Shown: positions 39,927 through 52,210 of the stretch, in pieces
Layout: each line of letters opens with the position of its first letter
Position numbering within the stretch: position 1 is the stretch's first letter
From: an uncultured Chloroflexia bacterium
GTDB taxonomy: Bacteria > Chloroflexota > Chloroflexia > Thermomicrobiales > UBA6265
Assembly: GCA_963724295.1 (NCBI GenBank)
Contig: CAVRUC010000002.1
Location: 96,001-160,000 of the forward strand
Reading direction: 5' to 3'
DNA length: 64,000 bases
The notes under the pieces: generated by a model
What the model saw: only the letters and a program-made list of their open reading frames with translations
Databases searched by the model: none
Told to the model about the DNA's origin: nothing
Program-made: the position numbers and the translations under genes

Positions 39927-41024
39927 ATGACGGTGACTGACGAAACGACGGCGCTGCCGCTCAATCTGCACGAGTACGAGGTTGCCGCTCGCTCGCTCCT
40001 CTCGCCAATGGTCTGGGAGTACGTCGCTGGTGGCTCCGGCGACCAGGTGACGTTGCGCGGTAACCGGGCGGCCTTCGATCGCTGGCGGCTGCTACCCCGG
40101 ATGCTACGCGGGCTGCGCGAGGCTTCAACGGCAACGACGATCCTCGGTCAGGATATTGCGTTCCCGGTGCTTATCGCTCCTTCGGGGCGACATCGCCTGT
40201 GCCACGATGCGGGCGAGCTCGCGACGGCTCGGGCGGCGAAGGCCGCCGGCACGATCTACACCCTGAGCACGGCGTCCACCCTCGCCATCGAGGAAGTCGC
40301 GCCCGACGCCGGGCCCTGGTGGTTCCAGCTCTACGTCTACCGGGATCGGGGAATCACGCGCGAGCTGGTGCTGCGGGCTGCCGCGGCCGGTGCCTCAGCG
40401 CTGGTGCTGACCGTCGATACGCCAATGCGCGGACGGCGGGAAGCCGAGGAGCGCACCCGGTTCGTCATGCCACCCGGCGTGGCCACGGCCCTCCTGGCGG
40501 CGCCTGAGGGGACGCTCCTTCCGGATGCGGCGAACGGCAATCCAGTCGCGGCAGAGATCAATGCCGTCTTTGATCCGACGCTCAACTGGGACGACGTGGA
40601 CTGGCTGGCCTCGCTCTCGCCGGTGGCGGTGCTGCTCAAGGGCATCCTGCATCCGGACGATGCCGTCCGAGCCGTGGAGCACGGAACCCGGGCCATCCTG
40701 GTCTCCAACCATGGGGGCCGGCAGCTCGACAGCGCGGTGGCCGCCCTCGATGCGTTGCCCGCCGTGGTGGAGGCGGTCGCCGGCCGCGCCGAGGTGCTCG
40801 TCGATGGGGGCGTGCGGCGCGGGACTGACGTGCTCACGGCGCTGGCGTTGGGAGCGCGCGCGGTGCTCATCGGCCGGCCGATCCACTGGGGGCTGGCCGT
40901 CGCTGGCGAGGCCGGGGTGCGGCATGTGCTGGAGCTGCTGCGGGCCGAGCTGGCGCTCGATTTGATGCTCTGTGGGCTGGCCAGCCCGGCCGAGGTGGAC
41001 CGCTCCCTGATCGTCCCGGCGTAA
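39927..41024 (+). CDS. FMN-dependent alpha-hydroxy acid oxidase
   Basis: WFQLY, LTVD, KGI, SNHGGRQLD, DGGVRRG. Confidence 0.95.
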   Translation: MTVTDETTALPLNLHEYEVAARSLLSPMVWEYVAGGSGDQVTLRGNRAAFDRWRLLPRMLRGLREASTATTILGQDIAFPVLIAPSGRHRLCHDAGELATARAAKAAGTIYTLSTASTLAIEEVAPDAGPWWFQLYVYRDRGITRELVLRAAAAGASALVLTVDTPMRGRREAEERTRFVMPPGVATALLAAPEGTLLPDAANGNPVAAEINAVFDPTLNWDDVDWLASLSPVAVLLKGILHPDDAVRAVEHGTRAILVSNHGGRQLDSAVAALDALPAVVEAVAGRAEVLVDGGVRRGTDVLTALALGARAVLIGRPIHWGLAVAGEAGVRHVLELLRAELALDLMLCGLASPAEVDRSLIVPA

Positions 41025-41231
41025 GTGACAAGACGAGACATCGCTGGCACGGCAGTCTGAGGGGAGACGCACTCACGTTCCGACGGGTAAGCCACCGACA
41101 CGAGGAGTGCAGTTTCTCCGGTATCACCCCGCTCAATTGTTGACATAAATATGCGATGGCACGGTTCGTGCGCTATCCGATACAGGACAGAAGCGCATCT
41201 GCCTCTGTTCAAACAGAAGGAGTTTTTCGCC

Positions 41232-41444
41232 ATGACCGATAGCAGTACCCGTGACCGCGCCGAAGGCCTGTTCGACCAGGGCAAGGGAAACGTGAAGCAA
41301 GGCGTAGGCGACCTCACCGACAACGAGCAGATGAAGGGTGAGGGGCAGGTCGATGAGTTGAAGGGCAAAGGCGAGCAGGCCTGGGGCGATATCAAGGACG
41401 CCGCAGGAGACCTCAAGGACAATCTAGAGGAGAAGACTCGCTAA
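41232..41444 (+). CDS. CsbD-family stress protein
   Basis: KGNVKQGVGDLTDNEQMKGEG. Confidence 0.88.
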   Translation: MTDSSTRDRAEGLFDQGKGNVKQGVGDLTDNEQMKGEGQVDELKGKGEQAWGDIKDAAGDLKDNLEEKTR

Positions 41445-41473
41445 TCAGCCCGAGTTTCCGAAATTCGGCAGCA

Positions 41474-41507
41474 ATGCGCCGGGGCACCTGCCCCGGCGCA
41501 TCGTTTT
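41474..41507 (+). terminator. Intrinsic terminator
   Basis: atgcgccggggca-cc-tgccccggcgcat followed by cgtttt. Confidence 0.7.
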
Positions 41508-41694
41508 GTGTCCTTGAAATGGATGCAAGCGCACCTGATTCCTGGCCGGCGATCTCGCGGAAGACGCGCTCTGTCTCATTGGAAGGCGTCATTCCCGTCC
41601 CCTCGCGCACGTTGCGGCGGCAGGCGGCGTAGATCGCCGTCGCCTGCGCCGGGCTGCAACCGGCCGCCAGCGACCGCATCAGCCGGCGGTAGCA

Positions 41695-43511
41695 CTAACC
41701 GACCGCAGCCGGTCGCCCCTCGCTATCCCAGCCCCGCGCGGCGTAGTAGGCGTCTATTTGGCGCTTCAGCCACGCAGGATCGATGTTCGATTCGTCGCCA
41801 TTGCTCGGACTCGAGGACTCTAATAGGCGCGGCGGGAGCGTATCGAGCGCGCGCGTCCAGCCCTGTGCCAGATTGAACCGCTTTTTCACCTCACCGATGC
41901 GCGCCCCGGCCTGATGCAGGTCGTCGGCGCTCGTCGCCAGCCCGGTCACGGCGCCATGCAGGGCGGCGCTCTCCTCATGCACGTCGTGCAACGCGTGACG
42001 GAGGAACTTGCAGAGCGTCAGTGAGTCGAGCAGCGCCGCCTGATCCTCCGCTGCCGCGGCCGCGGCCGCTCGCTCCCGGGCGTCGGCCTCGGGATCGAGC
42101 CGATCGGACAGATCGACCTCATAGGCGGATGAGCGGTTGTGACAGGCGCCGCGAGCGGCAACGGCCAGCCCCAGGGCCATGGTCTTGAGTTTGCGCGGAT
42201 CGTACCCCGGCAGCTCGAGCCCCTTGACGTGCATCGCCCAGACATCGCTCCCCTGGCCGACCTTCTCAGCTGCCGCGCGCGACCCAGCGGCGAGCAGATC
42301 GCCGAGCCCTTCCCGCGCCCCGATCTGCCGTAGTGTGCGAAGCACGGCGGCGCCGTCTCCCCAGCCCGGGACCTCGTCCGCTGGGCACGCCCAGGTCGAC
42401 TCCTCGCTGCCGGCACTCCATCGCCCAGGCGACCGTTCCGCCGGCGGAGATGGCGTCCATCCCCAGCTCGTCGCAGAGCGCGGAGGCGCGCAGCACGACG
42501 TTCGGATCGCTCACCCCGCAGAGCGAGCCAAGGGCGAAGAGGGTTTCGTACTCCAGCCGCGCCGAAGTCTCCGGGCCATCATCCCGGGTGCGGTAATGAT
42601 GCTCGCAGCCGACCGTGCAGGCGGCGCAGGCATGCTGGCCGGTGTGGTGCTCCAGGCGCAGCGTCTCTCCCGGAGATCGCCTCCGCCTCGTCGAAGTGAC
42701 CACCGGCGAAGTTGCGAGTCGGCAGCAGACCCAGCCGATTGAAGAAGGCGACATTGGCGACCGTGCCGATCTCGCGGTACTTGGCCGTCGCCGGACCGAC
42801 GCTGCGCGCGGCCAGATCGCGGGCCAGCGTAGCCACCAGGCGGGGATCAGCCGCCCGTGGCAGACGGCTGCCTCGCACCGCGATCGCCTTCAGCCGCTTC
42901 GCGCCCATCACGGCGCCCGCGCCGGTACGCCCGGCCAGACGGCCGTCGTTGGCGATCGCCGCGTAGCGGACCCCGTGCTCACCGGCGGTGCCGATCGCCG
43001 CCACTCGAAACTGGGTCCCGAGCTCCGCCCGGAGCCGGTCCGCCGTTTCGCCGGGGGACAATCCCAGCAGCTCGTCAGCAGGCCGCAGGCGCGTTGCGCC
43101 GTCCTCGACGACGAGCACGCTCCACTCCGGAGCGCGGCCCGTGATCGCCAGCGCATCGTGACCGGTGCGCTTCAGCTCCAGCGCCAGGTACGACGAGGAG
43201 AGCGAGTCGCCGATCATGCCGGTCTGCGGCGATCTCGCGGCGACGGCGATCTTGCTCGAGGTCGTGATTCCGGTGCCGGCAAACGGCGACGTGGCGAAGA
43301 TGAGGGGATTGTCCGGACCGAGCGGGTCGGTTCCCGGCGGGCAGAGACGGAGCAGGAGAAGACTCGCCAGCCCGATGCCGCCGATGACGTCGACGAAGAC
43401 CTCCGGCGCTAACGGCTCGCTCCACCCCGCACCCGCGTCTTCCCCGAGATCGACCCTGAGCAATCGCCCGTGGACACCACCGATGCTCGAGGACCTTGAA
43501 CTCGAGGTCAT
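41695..43511 (-). CDS. Aldehyde:ferredoxin oxidoreductase family (frameshifts near 42660 and 42390)
   Basis: LRVDL, SPQTG, GRTGAGAVMGAKRLKAI, C.AC..GC, EYET, CDELGMDAIS, VKGLE.PGYDPR, RGACH, YYAARGWD. Confidence 0.9.
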
Positions 43512-43515
43512 GGTG

Positions 43516-43842
43516 TCACCCGCCGGCCGCGCTCGCCACGAGGAGTACCGACGTACCGGCGTGCAGCGGCAGATCCCGATCGCGAGTGAACTGCTCGTCG
43601 ACGACGAAGCTGTAGCCATCGAGGGGCCAGCCGGTGCTGGCATCCAGCACGCGACCGGCAAGGGCGGGACTCCGCCGCACGAGGTCAGCGGCGAGGTCGG
43701 CCAGCGTCGCGCCGGCCGCCGAGATCGAACGCCCGCCCTGGAGCAGGCGCGGTACGCCGAAAAGCTCGACGGTGATAGAAGGTGATGGGTGATGGGTGAT
43801 AGGTGCCGGGTTCGAGGAGAGAGGGAGATGAGAAGGGGTCAT
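43516..43842 (-). CDS. MoaD/ThiS sulfur carrier
   Basis: VELFG, C-terminal AGG; directly upstream of AOR. Confidence 0.85.
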   Translation of the reverse strand: MTPSHLPLSSNPAPITHHPSPSITVELFGVPRLLQGGRSISAAGATLADLAADLVRRSPALAGRVLDASTGWPLDGYSFVVDEQFTRDRDLPLHAGTSVLLVASAAGG

Positions 43843-43938
43843 GATTGGTGGCTCCTGCGTCTGTTGCTGGTTTGATGATAGTGCAGACGGCGCATTAGAC
43901 GGCCAGATGGGTGAGTCGGGGAATCGGCAAGACAGCAG

Positions 43939-43961
43939 GTAGGGGCGACCCTGGGTCGCCC
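43939..43961 (+). repeat. GTAG-type REP palindrome
   Basis: GTAG-GGGCGACC-ctg-GGTCGCCC. Confidence 0.65.
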
Positions 43962-43984
43962 GCCGCCACTGTCCCGAACCCCTA

Positions 43985-44290
43985 TCACCCTGTCATCCCA
44001 TGACCTGTCACCTTCGTCTCCTTCAGCCCGCTCTGGACATAAAAGAAGCGGGCGGCGCGAATGGAGGGCGCTAGCAAGAGCACCAGTATGACGAATGCCG
44101 GGATCAGATCGATGAGCTTCACGTCCGGCAGCTCTGTCTGCACCACCACCGAGCGCACGCCCCAGATACTGAAGATGATGCCGCCGATCCCAAGCACCAG
44201 CTCGTGCAGCGTGCGCAGACCCAGGGCAAAGATGGCGGAGGCCGAAATGAGGATCACCAGCAAGACGGTGACGATTCTCAGGTAGAGCGG
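43985..44290 (-). pseudogene. Truncated 3' fragment of a membrane protein gene
   Basis: Hydrophobic frame PLYLRIVTVLLV...IWGVRSVV with no convincing start, beginning right after the gyrB terminator. Confidence 0.4.
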
Positions 44291-44299
44291 AGACGCGGA

Positions 44300-44328
44300 A
44301 ACGGGGTGGTCATTTGAACCACCCCGTT
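44300..44328 (-). terminator. Hairpin after gyrB
   Basis: aacggggtggt-N7-accaccccgtt. Confidence 0.6.
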
Positions 44329-44353
44329 CCCGCGCTGAATTCCGAGTTTGCTC

Positions 44354-46276
<1,923 letters not shown>

Positions 46277-46336
46277 TCAGTACTCCTTCAACTTGAGCTT
46301 GCACATGCACGTGCACTTGAAGTTCAACGTGCGGGG

Positions 46337-46768
46337 CTATCCCAGCCCGAGCGATTCCAGCCTGCTCTCCTCGAATCCGAGATGGTGACCCAGCTCGTGC
46401 ATTACCGTGACCCGTACCTCACGCGCGATCGCCTGAGGCGATGTGTAGGCGCGTTCCAGCGGGCCGCGGAAGATCGTGATCCGGTCGGGCGGAACGAGGT
46501 GGTAGTCCGATCCACGCCGCGTCAGCGGCACGCCCTCATAGAGCCCGAACAGCGTCTCCCCGCCGTCATCCATGGCGCTCTCATGCGGTTCAGGATAGCC
46601 CTGCCCCAGCGCCAATTGCTCCGCCGTCGGTTCGTCTTCGACGATGATCTCGACGTTGTCGAGCATAGCGACGACCTCGGGAGAGAGGCCGTCCAGGGCA
46701 CGAATAACGATGCGCTCGAACCGCTGCCGGCGCGCCTGTGCGACACGACTCCGGACCCGGTCACGCAT
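46337..46768 (-). CDS. Minimal zincin-like metallopeptidase
   Basis: LFGLYEGVPLT.R, PDRITIFR.P, HELGHHLG. Confidence 0.9.
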   Translation of the reverse strand: MRDRVRSRVAQARRQRFERIVIRALDGLSPEVVAMLDNVEIIVEDEPTAEQLALGQGYPEPHESAMDDGGETLFGLYEGVPLTRRGSDYHLVPPDRITIFRGPLERAYTSPQAIAREVRVTVMHELGHHLGFEESRLESLGLG

Positions 46769-46973
46769 GAAGTGAATAGTACCAGTTTTGGCCTGTTTTC
46801 ACCAGTTTTCAGTTGGCCGTCTTGTGTACGTACATACCCGGGGCGCTCGTCTCATGGATACCCGCCGCGAGGTCGAATCTGAGCCACCCAACCGCAAGAA
46901 TATCGAAAATCGAGTAGATTCCGTCGCTGCCGACCCGGCTTCCCAGCCGTCCCGCTCTGTAAACTGCACGGTC

Positions 46974-49814
46974 ATGGTCGCCCTACCCTCGACACCAATC
47001 GTGCCCCTCGCTCCGCCTTCGGGGACGGTCACCTTTCTCTTCACCGACATCGAGGGCTCGACGCGACTCTGGGAGCGCGACGCCACGACGATGCGGTCGG
47101 CTCTCGAGCGGCACAACGCCATCCTCGCCTCGGCCATCCGTGCTCACGGCGGACACCACTTCAAGACGATCGGAGACGCGTTCCAGGCCGCCTTCGCCGA
47201 CCCGGCCGCCGCGGCTGCCGCCGCCGTAGACGCCCAGCACGCCCTCGATGCCGAACCGTGGCCTGAGACGGGGCCGATTCGCGTGCGCATGGCGCTGCAT
47301 CGCGGACCGGCGGAGCCACTACCAACCGGCGATTACATGGCGCCCGCGCTCAATCGACTCGGTTCGATCCTGTCGGCTGGATACGGAGGCCAGGTGCTCC
47401 TTTCGGCGGCGGCGCGGGATGCCATCGGCGACCGGCTTCCGGATGGCGTGATTGCCCTCTCGCTCGGCACGCACCGGTTGCGCGACCTTGGCGCGGCGGA
47501 GGAGATTTGGCAGCTCGCCATCCCGGGGCTACCGAGGACGTTCCCGCCTCTCAAGAGCCTGGAAGGGCGCCCCACCAATCTGCCTCAGCAGCCAACCGCG
47601 CTGATCGGACGAGATGAAGAAATCGCTCGCCTGCGCGACCGTCTCGCCCAGGAAAGCACCCGTTTGATCACGCTCACCGGACCCGGCGGAGTGGGTAAGA
47701 CCCGGCTGGCAATCGCGGCCGCGGCTGATTCGCTGGAGACGTTTCCCGATGGGATCTTCCTCGTAATGCTGGCAGGCGTCGAAACCGCAGCGCTGCTCAT
47801 GTCGGAGATCGCGACGGTCCTGGGTGTACGCGAAGGGGGCGGGCTCGGTCTGGAGGAGAGCGTGCTCGCTTACCTGGGCGGCAAGCGCCTCCTGCTCGTG
47901 CTCGACAACCTGGAGCAGCTCAAGCCGTTCGAAACTGCGGCGGCGGCCATTGCCACGCTGCTGGATGCCGCACCGGCCGTGCGGGTGTTGGCCACCTCGC
48001 GCGCGCCGCTCCGTATTCGAGCCGAACAGGAGTGGCCGGTCTCGCCGCTGTCGACCCCGGCGGCCGGGGTTGCGGTCGTGGGCGAGGCAGCGCTAGCGGC
48101 GCTGGCGGCCACGCCCGCCGTCGCGCTCTTTATCGAGCGGGCCCGCGCTGCACGGCCGGCCTGGCGTCTGACCGCGGCCAACGCCGCCGATGTGGCGGAG
48201 ATCGCCCGCCGTTTGGACGGGTTACCGCTGGCAATCGAGCTGGCCGCGGCGCGCATCCGGGTTTTGACGCCTGCCGAGATCCTGCGGCGGCTGGGAGGCG
48301 CTCTCGACCTGCTCGAGGCGCGCAGCGGCGATCGTCCCGATCGGCAGCAGACCTTGCGCGCGGCGATTGCCTGGAGCCACGAGCTGCTGCGCTTCGAGGA
48401 CCAGGTGGCTTTTCGCCGGCTCGGGGTCTTCAGCGGGGGATTCACCCTGGAGGCGGCCGAGCAGGTGCTCGCGGAGACCCCTGACCCCTGGATCGACCCA
48501 CTCGACGCCATCTCGGTGCTCGTCGAACAAAGCCTGATCCGGACCGAAGAGGATTCGCTAGGCGAGACGCGCTATCGGATGCTGGAGACCGTCCGCGCGT
48601 TCGCCCTCGAAGAATTGTCGCGATCCGGAGAAGACAATGCTGTCCGGGCCGCCCATGCCCGCTGGGTGGATGCGTTTGCGCGCGACGCCGACACGCAGGT
48701 GCTCGGCCCCGACAGCGGCGACTGGCTTACTCGCTACGAACGCGAGCATGACAACTTCCGCGCGGCCATCGCCTGGGCGATCGAGCAAGATCCGGTCGAC
48801 CTGGGACTGCGCGTACCGGAGAGCCTCTGGCGCTTCTGGGAGCTTCGTGGTCACTACACGGAGGCCCGCGGCTGGCTGGAGCGAGCCCTCGCCACCGCTT
48901 CCACGGCGCCCCCCAAACTGCGCGCCCTGGCCCTGGACGGGTTGGGCAACATCGCGTGGCGACAGGGCGATCTGGTGACCGCGACCTGGGCTCTCGAAGA
49001 GAGTCTGGAAATCTGGCGTTCCACCGGCGAGCGCCGCTCGGTCGGGGGCACGCTCTCCAATCTGGGCACCGTCATGGAGCTGCGCGGCGACCTGGAGCGC
49101 GCCCAGGCGCTGCAAGAGGAATCGCTGGCTATCGCCCGGGAGATCGATGACCCGCTCCGCATCGCGACGGCACTGAACAACCTCGCCCTCGTCATCTGGA
49201 ACCAGGGGGACACCGACCGCGCCACCACGTTGCTCGAGGAGAGCGCCGCGATCAAGCGCGCACAGGGGAACTGGGTCGGACTGGCCAGCACCCTCAATAA
49301 CCTGGGCATGCTCGCGGATGAGGCCGGGGATAAGGACGGCGCCATTGCCTACATGGAGGAGACCCTCGCCATCGATCGTAAGATCGGCAATCCGGATGGG
49401 ATCTCGCATTCCCTGGGCAATCTGGCGGGGTTGATCGCACCAACCGGCGATCTGGCACGCGCGGCAGCGCTCGATGCCGAAGCGCTGGAGATACGTCGCG
49501 ATCTCGGCGACCGGCTGAGCATCGCGTATAGCCTGGACAGCATCGCCGCGACCGCCTCGCGAGCCGGGTGCCCCGAGGCCGCCGCGCGGCTGTTCGGCGC
49601 TAGCCAGCACCTGCGCGAGAAACTGGGCTCTCCTATCCCGGCAAGCGAACGAGAGCGCTACGAAGCGGGGCTGGCCATGACACGGTCGGCAGCCGGGGAC
49701 GCGGCCTACGAGCGGGCGTGGGCCGCGGGGCGTGCCCTCTCCTTCGGCGATGCCGTCGCCGAGGCTCTGCACATCGCTCGCGAGATCGCCGAGCGAGCAG
49801 GGGCGCCTGCGTGA
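46974..49814 (+). CDS. Class III cyclase + STAND ATPase + TPR protein
   Basis: FLFTDIEGST, GDAF, LTGPGGVGKTRL, LVLDNLEQ, ATSR, LDGLPLAIELAA, TPR-like L.NLG repeats. Confidence 0.92.
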   Translation: MVALPSTPIVPLAPPSGTVTFLFTDIEGSTRLWERDATTMRSALERHNAILASAIRAHGGHHFKTIGDAFQAAFADPAAAAAAAVDAQHALDAEPWPETGPIRVRMALHRGPAEPLPTGDYMAPALNRLGSILSAGYGGQVLLSAAARDAIGDRLPDGVIALSLGTHRLRDLGAAEEIWQLAIPGLPRTFPPLKSLEGRPTNLPQQPTALIGRDEEIARLRDRLAQESTRLITLTGPGGVGKTRLAIAAAADSLETFPDGIFLVMLAGVETAALLMSEIATVLGVREGGGLGLEESVLAYLGGKRLLLVLDNLEQLKPFETAAAAIATLLDAAPAVRVLATSRAPLRIRAEQEWPVSPLSTPAAGVAVVGEAALAALAATPAVALFIERARAARPAWRLTAANAADVAEIARRLDGLPLAIELAAARIRVLTPAEILRRLGGALDLLEARSGDRPDRQQTLRAAIAWSHELLRFEDQVAFRRLGVFSGGFTLEAAEQVLAETPDPWIDPLDAISVLVEQSLIRTEEDSLGETRYRMLETVRAFALEELSRSGEDNAVRAAHARWVDAFARDADTQVLGPDSGDWLTRYEREHDNFRAAIAWAIEQDPVDLGLRVPESLWRFWELRGHYTEARGWLERALATASTAPPKLRALALDGLGNIAWRQGDLVTATWALEESLEIWRSTGERRSVGGTLSNLGTVMELRGDLERAQALQEESLAIAREIDDPLRIATALNNLALVIWNQGDTDRATTLLEESAAIKRAQGNWVGLASTLNNLGMLADEAGDKDGAIAYMEETLAIDRKIGNPDGISHSLGNLAGLIAPTGDLARAAALDAEALEIRRDLGDRLSIAYSLDSIAATASRAGCPEAAARLFGASQHLREKLGSPIPASERERYEAGLAMTRSAAGDAAYERAWAAGRALSFGDAVAEALHIAREIAERAGAPA

Positions 49815-49830
49815 GCCACCTGCCTGTGCG

Positions 49831-50538
49831 CTAGTCGGCCTGTAGGCGCTCCGCGGCGGCGACAAGCCAGTAGCCCCGGCCAGCGGGCGCCAGGCGACCC
49901 TCCAGCCGCGCCAGCGTCTCCGGAATGCGATGAATTGACGCATCCCCGCGCCGCGATTGCAGCGCCCAACGCCAGAAGAGCGATAGCACCAGTCGCGCGC
50001 TGTCGGTCAATCCGACCCCGGAGGCACAGATCGCGCGCACCCGGAAGTGCGGCTGGAGAAGCTTCCGCACGTCCTCACGGCGATAGTGACGCCGCCAACC
50101 AACCCCCGCCGCTTCCGGGAGGACGTGCCCGCGATGGGTGATCTCCTGGATATAGCGGAAGGCGTTGTAGCCGTCGAGCCAGGCGAGACGGCCGGCGGCT
50201 GGAACGCGCAGCAGGAGTACTCCGCCGGGCCGCAGAACGCGAGCCGCTTCGGCGAGCGCCTCCTCCTCCAGCACCGTCAGCGCCAGCTCGTCAAGCAGAA
50301 TAACTCCGTCGTACGACGCGTCCGGGTGCGGCCAGGCGACGACCGGCGGCACGAACGTCGCCGCGCGTCGTTGCTCGGGGACCGGCGCCAGTGGACCGGT
50401 GTCGAGCGCATGCCGGTCGACCTGATAGCCGGCGCGGCGCAGCGTCTGAGCCAGGGTATCGTCGCCACCGAGCAGGACAAGTGCCGATTCGCCGGGTGCC
50501 GGCAGATGCTCGACCAATGGCAGTCCGGTCATTGCCAT
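49831..50538 (-). CDS. Degenerate class I methyltransferase-like protein
   Basis: PDASYD..., ALAEAARVLRPGG.LLL.VPA, RHY. Confidence 0.65.
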   Translation of the reverse strand: MAMTGLPLVEHLPAPGESALVLLGGDDTLAQTLRRAGYQVDRHALDTGPLAPVPEQRRAATFVPPVVAWPHPDASYDGVILLDELALTVLEEEALAEAARVLRPGGVLLLRVPAAGRLAWLDGYNAFRYIQEITHRGHVLPEAAGVGWRRHYRREDVRKLLQPHFRVRAICASGVGLTDSARLVLSLFWRWALQSRRGDASIHRIPETLARLEGRLAPAGRGYWLVAAAERLQAD

Positions 50539-50584
50539 AGACCCTGTCTCACCTCCTGAACGCGATTTCGCCGGAGTGCGATGA

Positions 50585-50750
50585 TACCGGTGAAAGGGGG
50601 GAAGGGGGGGCGCTTACGCTGAGGGGGGCGGCCGCACGCGGCCTAGGGGGAAGAGGTGGAGACGGACGAGTGCGTCGGCTTCTTCTTCCGCCTCTTCCCC
50701 CCTTGAGCGAAGCGACCCCCCTCTTCCCCCCTAGCGAAGCGACCCCCCTA
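50585..50750. repeat. Purine/pyrimidine-arm inverted repeat with GCGAAGC modules
   Basis: G-rich left arm; right arm ccttgagcgaagcgacccccc and cctagcgaagcgacccccc. Confidence 0.75.
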
Positions 50751-50763
50751 TGTGGAGCGACCA

Positions 50764-51621
50764 ATGAGTGAGCTCAGCACCCTACACCCCTATGATCCAG
50801 CGTTCGTCGTCCGGTATGTGGCGGCGGTAAAGGGGGATCTGGCGGCGAGCGAGTTGCTTCCCACCGCGCCAGCATGGGCGGAACGGGAGATTGACCGTGT
50901 CCGGCTGGGGTACGCGCGCGCCGGGACGGGAAACGAAGCCGGCGCCAACGCCGTCAGCTATGGACTGGCGCGGATGCTGGGAGCGGTGGAGCCGGTCTTC
51001 TTCATTCCCGGCCTGGGGTTCACCCAGCTCGAAGCGAAATTCGATCGCGGCATCGGCATGCTCTTGCGTCCGCCATCCCGCCTCTTTGGCGATGCCGGTC
51101 TGGCGACGATCGCGGCGCGGGCCATGCCGATCCGCATCGATGCCGCGGGCGGCATCATGGGCGGAGCGTTTATGCCTCCCGCGCAACTGCCACGCTTTCG
51201 CGACCTGCTGGAGCAGCGGCTGGATCGCCTGGCGCGCCGCCTGGCCGAGGCCGAGCTGGATGCTCCGGCATTCCTGGGAGTCTTGCTCGAGGCGTCCGCA
51301 TATGCCGGGGATCGTGGATTCGGGTTGTACGAAGCCATCGACGTCGTCGTGCCGGGAGTCTCTGCCTCCGAGCCACCCGGTCTGCGGCTGGTCGCCCCCG
51401 ACCGCAAGCGCCTGGAGCGGGATCTGCGCCGCCGGTTGGAAGCGGCCGCCCGGCCACCGAAGGAACCGGGATTCCTGGCGCGCATTCTCGGACGCGGCGT
51501 CGCCGTCCCGCGGACAAACGACCCGGAGGATGGTCGCCGCTGGCGTGGCAATAACGACGTCACTCCGCCGCCGAAACCAATGCCGGAGGGACCGGACGCC
51601 ATGGGCGAGAGCCGGGAATGA
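50764..51621 (+). CDS. Hypothetical protein
   Basis: 285-aa ORF, ATGA-coupled to the DUF2203 gene. Confidence 0.7.
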   Translation: MSELSTLHPYDPAFVVRYVAAVKGDLAASELLPTAPAWAEREIDRVRLGYARAGTGNEAGANAVSYGLARMLGAVEPVFFIPGLGFTQLEAKFDRGIGMLLRPPSRLFGDAGLATIAARAMPIRIDAAGGIMGGAFMPPAQLPRFRDLLEQRLDRLARRLAEAELDAPAFLGVLLEASAYAGDRGFGLYEAIDVVVPGVSASEPPGLRLVAPDRKRLERDLRRRLEAAARPPKEPGFLARILGRGVAVPRTNDPEDGRRWRGNNDVTPPPKPMPEGPDAMGESRE

Positions 51622-52049
51622 GCGAGCGATGGGCGCGCGACCCCGACGACCCGACCTCGTGGCCGCGACTCTTCACGGTTGCGGAGGCCGACGCCTTGCT
51701 GCCGGAGATCGTGCCGCTGCTGATGGAGATACGGGCGCGCAAAGTCGAGCTCGACTCGGCGTTCGCCGATCTGGAGAAGCTGACCGCGGCGATGCGCCTG
51801 AACGGGCACGCCGCCGAGGCGCGGGAGCTGGAATCCCGCATTCATGACCTGACGACGGAGCTCGCCGCGGGCGTGGAGCACCTCAATGACCAGGGGATCG
51901 AGATCAAGAGCCTCGACCACGGGCTGATCGATTTCCCCGCCCGGCGAGACGAGCGGGTGATCTATCTCTGCTGGCGGCTGGGAGAGGGAGCCCGCATCCG
52001 CTACTGGCACGAGATCGATGCCGGATTCGCCGGCCGGCGCCTGCTGTAG
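51618..52049 (+). CDS. DUF2203 family protein
   Basis: FTV.EA.ALLP; IK.LD.GLIDFP; YLCWRLGE..I.YWH..GFAGRR. Confidence 0.92.
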   Translation: MSERWARDPDDPTSWPRLFTVAEADALLPEIVPLLMEIRARKVELDSAFADLEKLTAAMRLNGHAAEARELESRIHDLTTELAAGVEHLNDQGIEIKSLDHGLIDFPARRDERVIYLCWRLGEGARIRYWHEIDAGFAGRRLL

Positions 52050-52210
52050 ACGAGGGGGATGGGTGTTGGGTGATGGGTGGCGGGGTGATCACTCGCTTTG
52101 CTCGTGGTGTCAGGGTGTCTGGGCAGTCGTTCTGCCTGTCGCCCTGACACCCTGTGGCCCGGACACCCGTATCGCAACCTATCACCCATGACCCATCACC
52201 CATCACCCCA
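52050..52210. repeat. Modular 7/8-nt inverted repeat array
   Basis: gggtgatgggtg, gtgatcactcgctttgctcgtggtgtcagggtgtc / ccctgacaccc, acccatcacccatcac. Confidence 0.75.
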
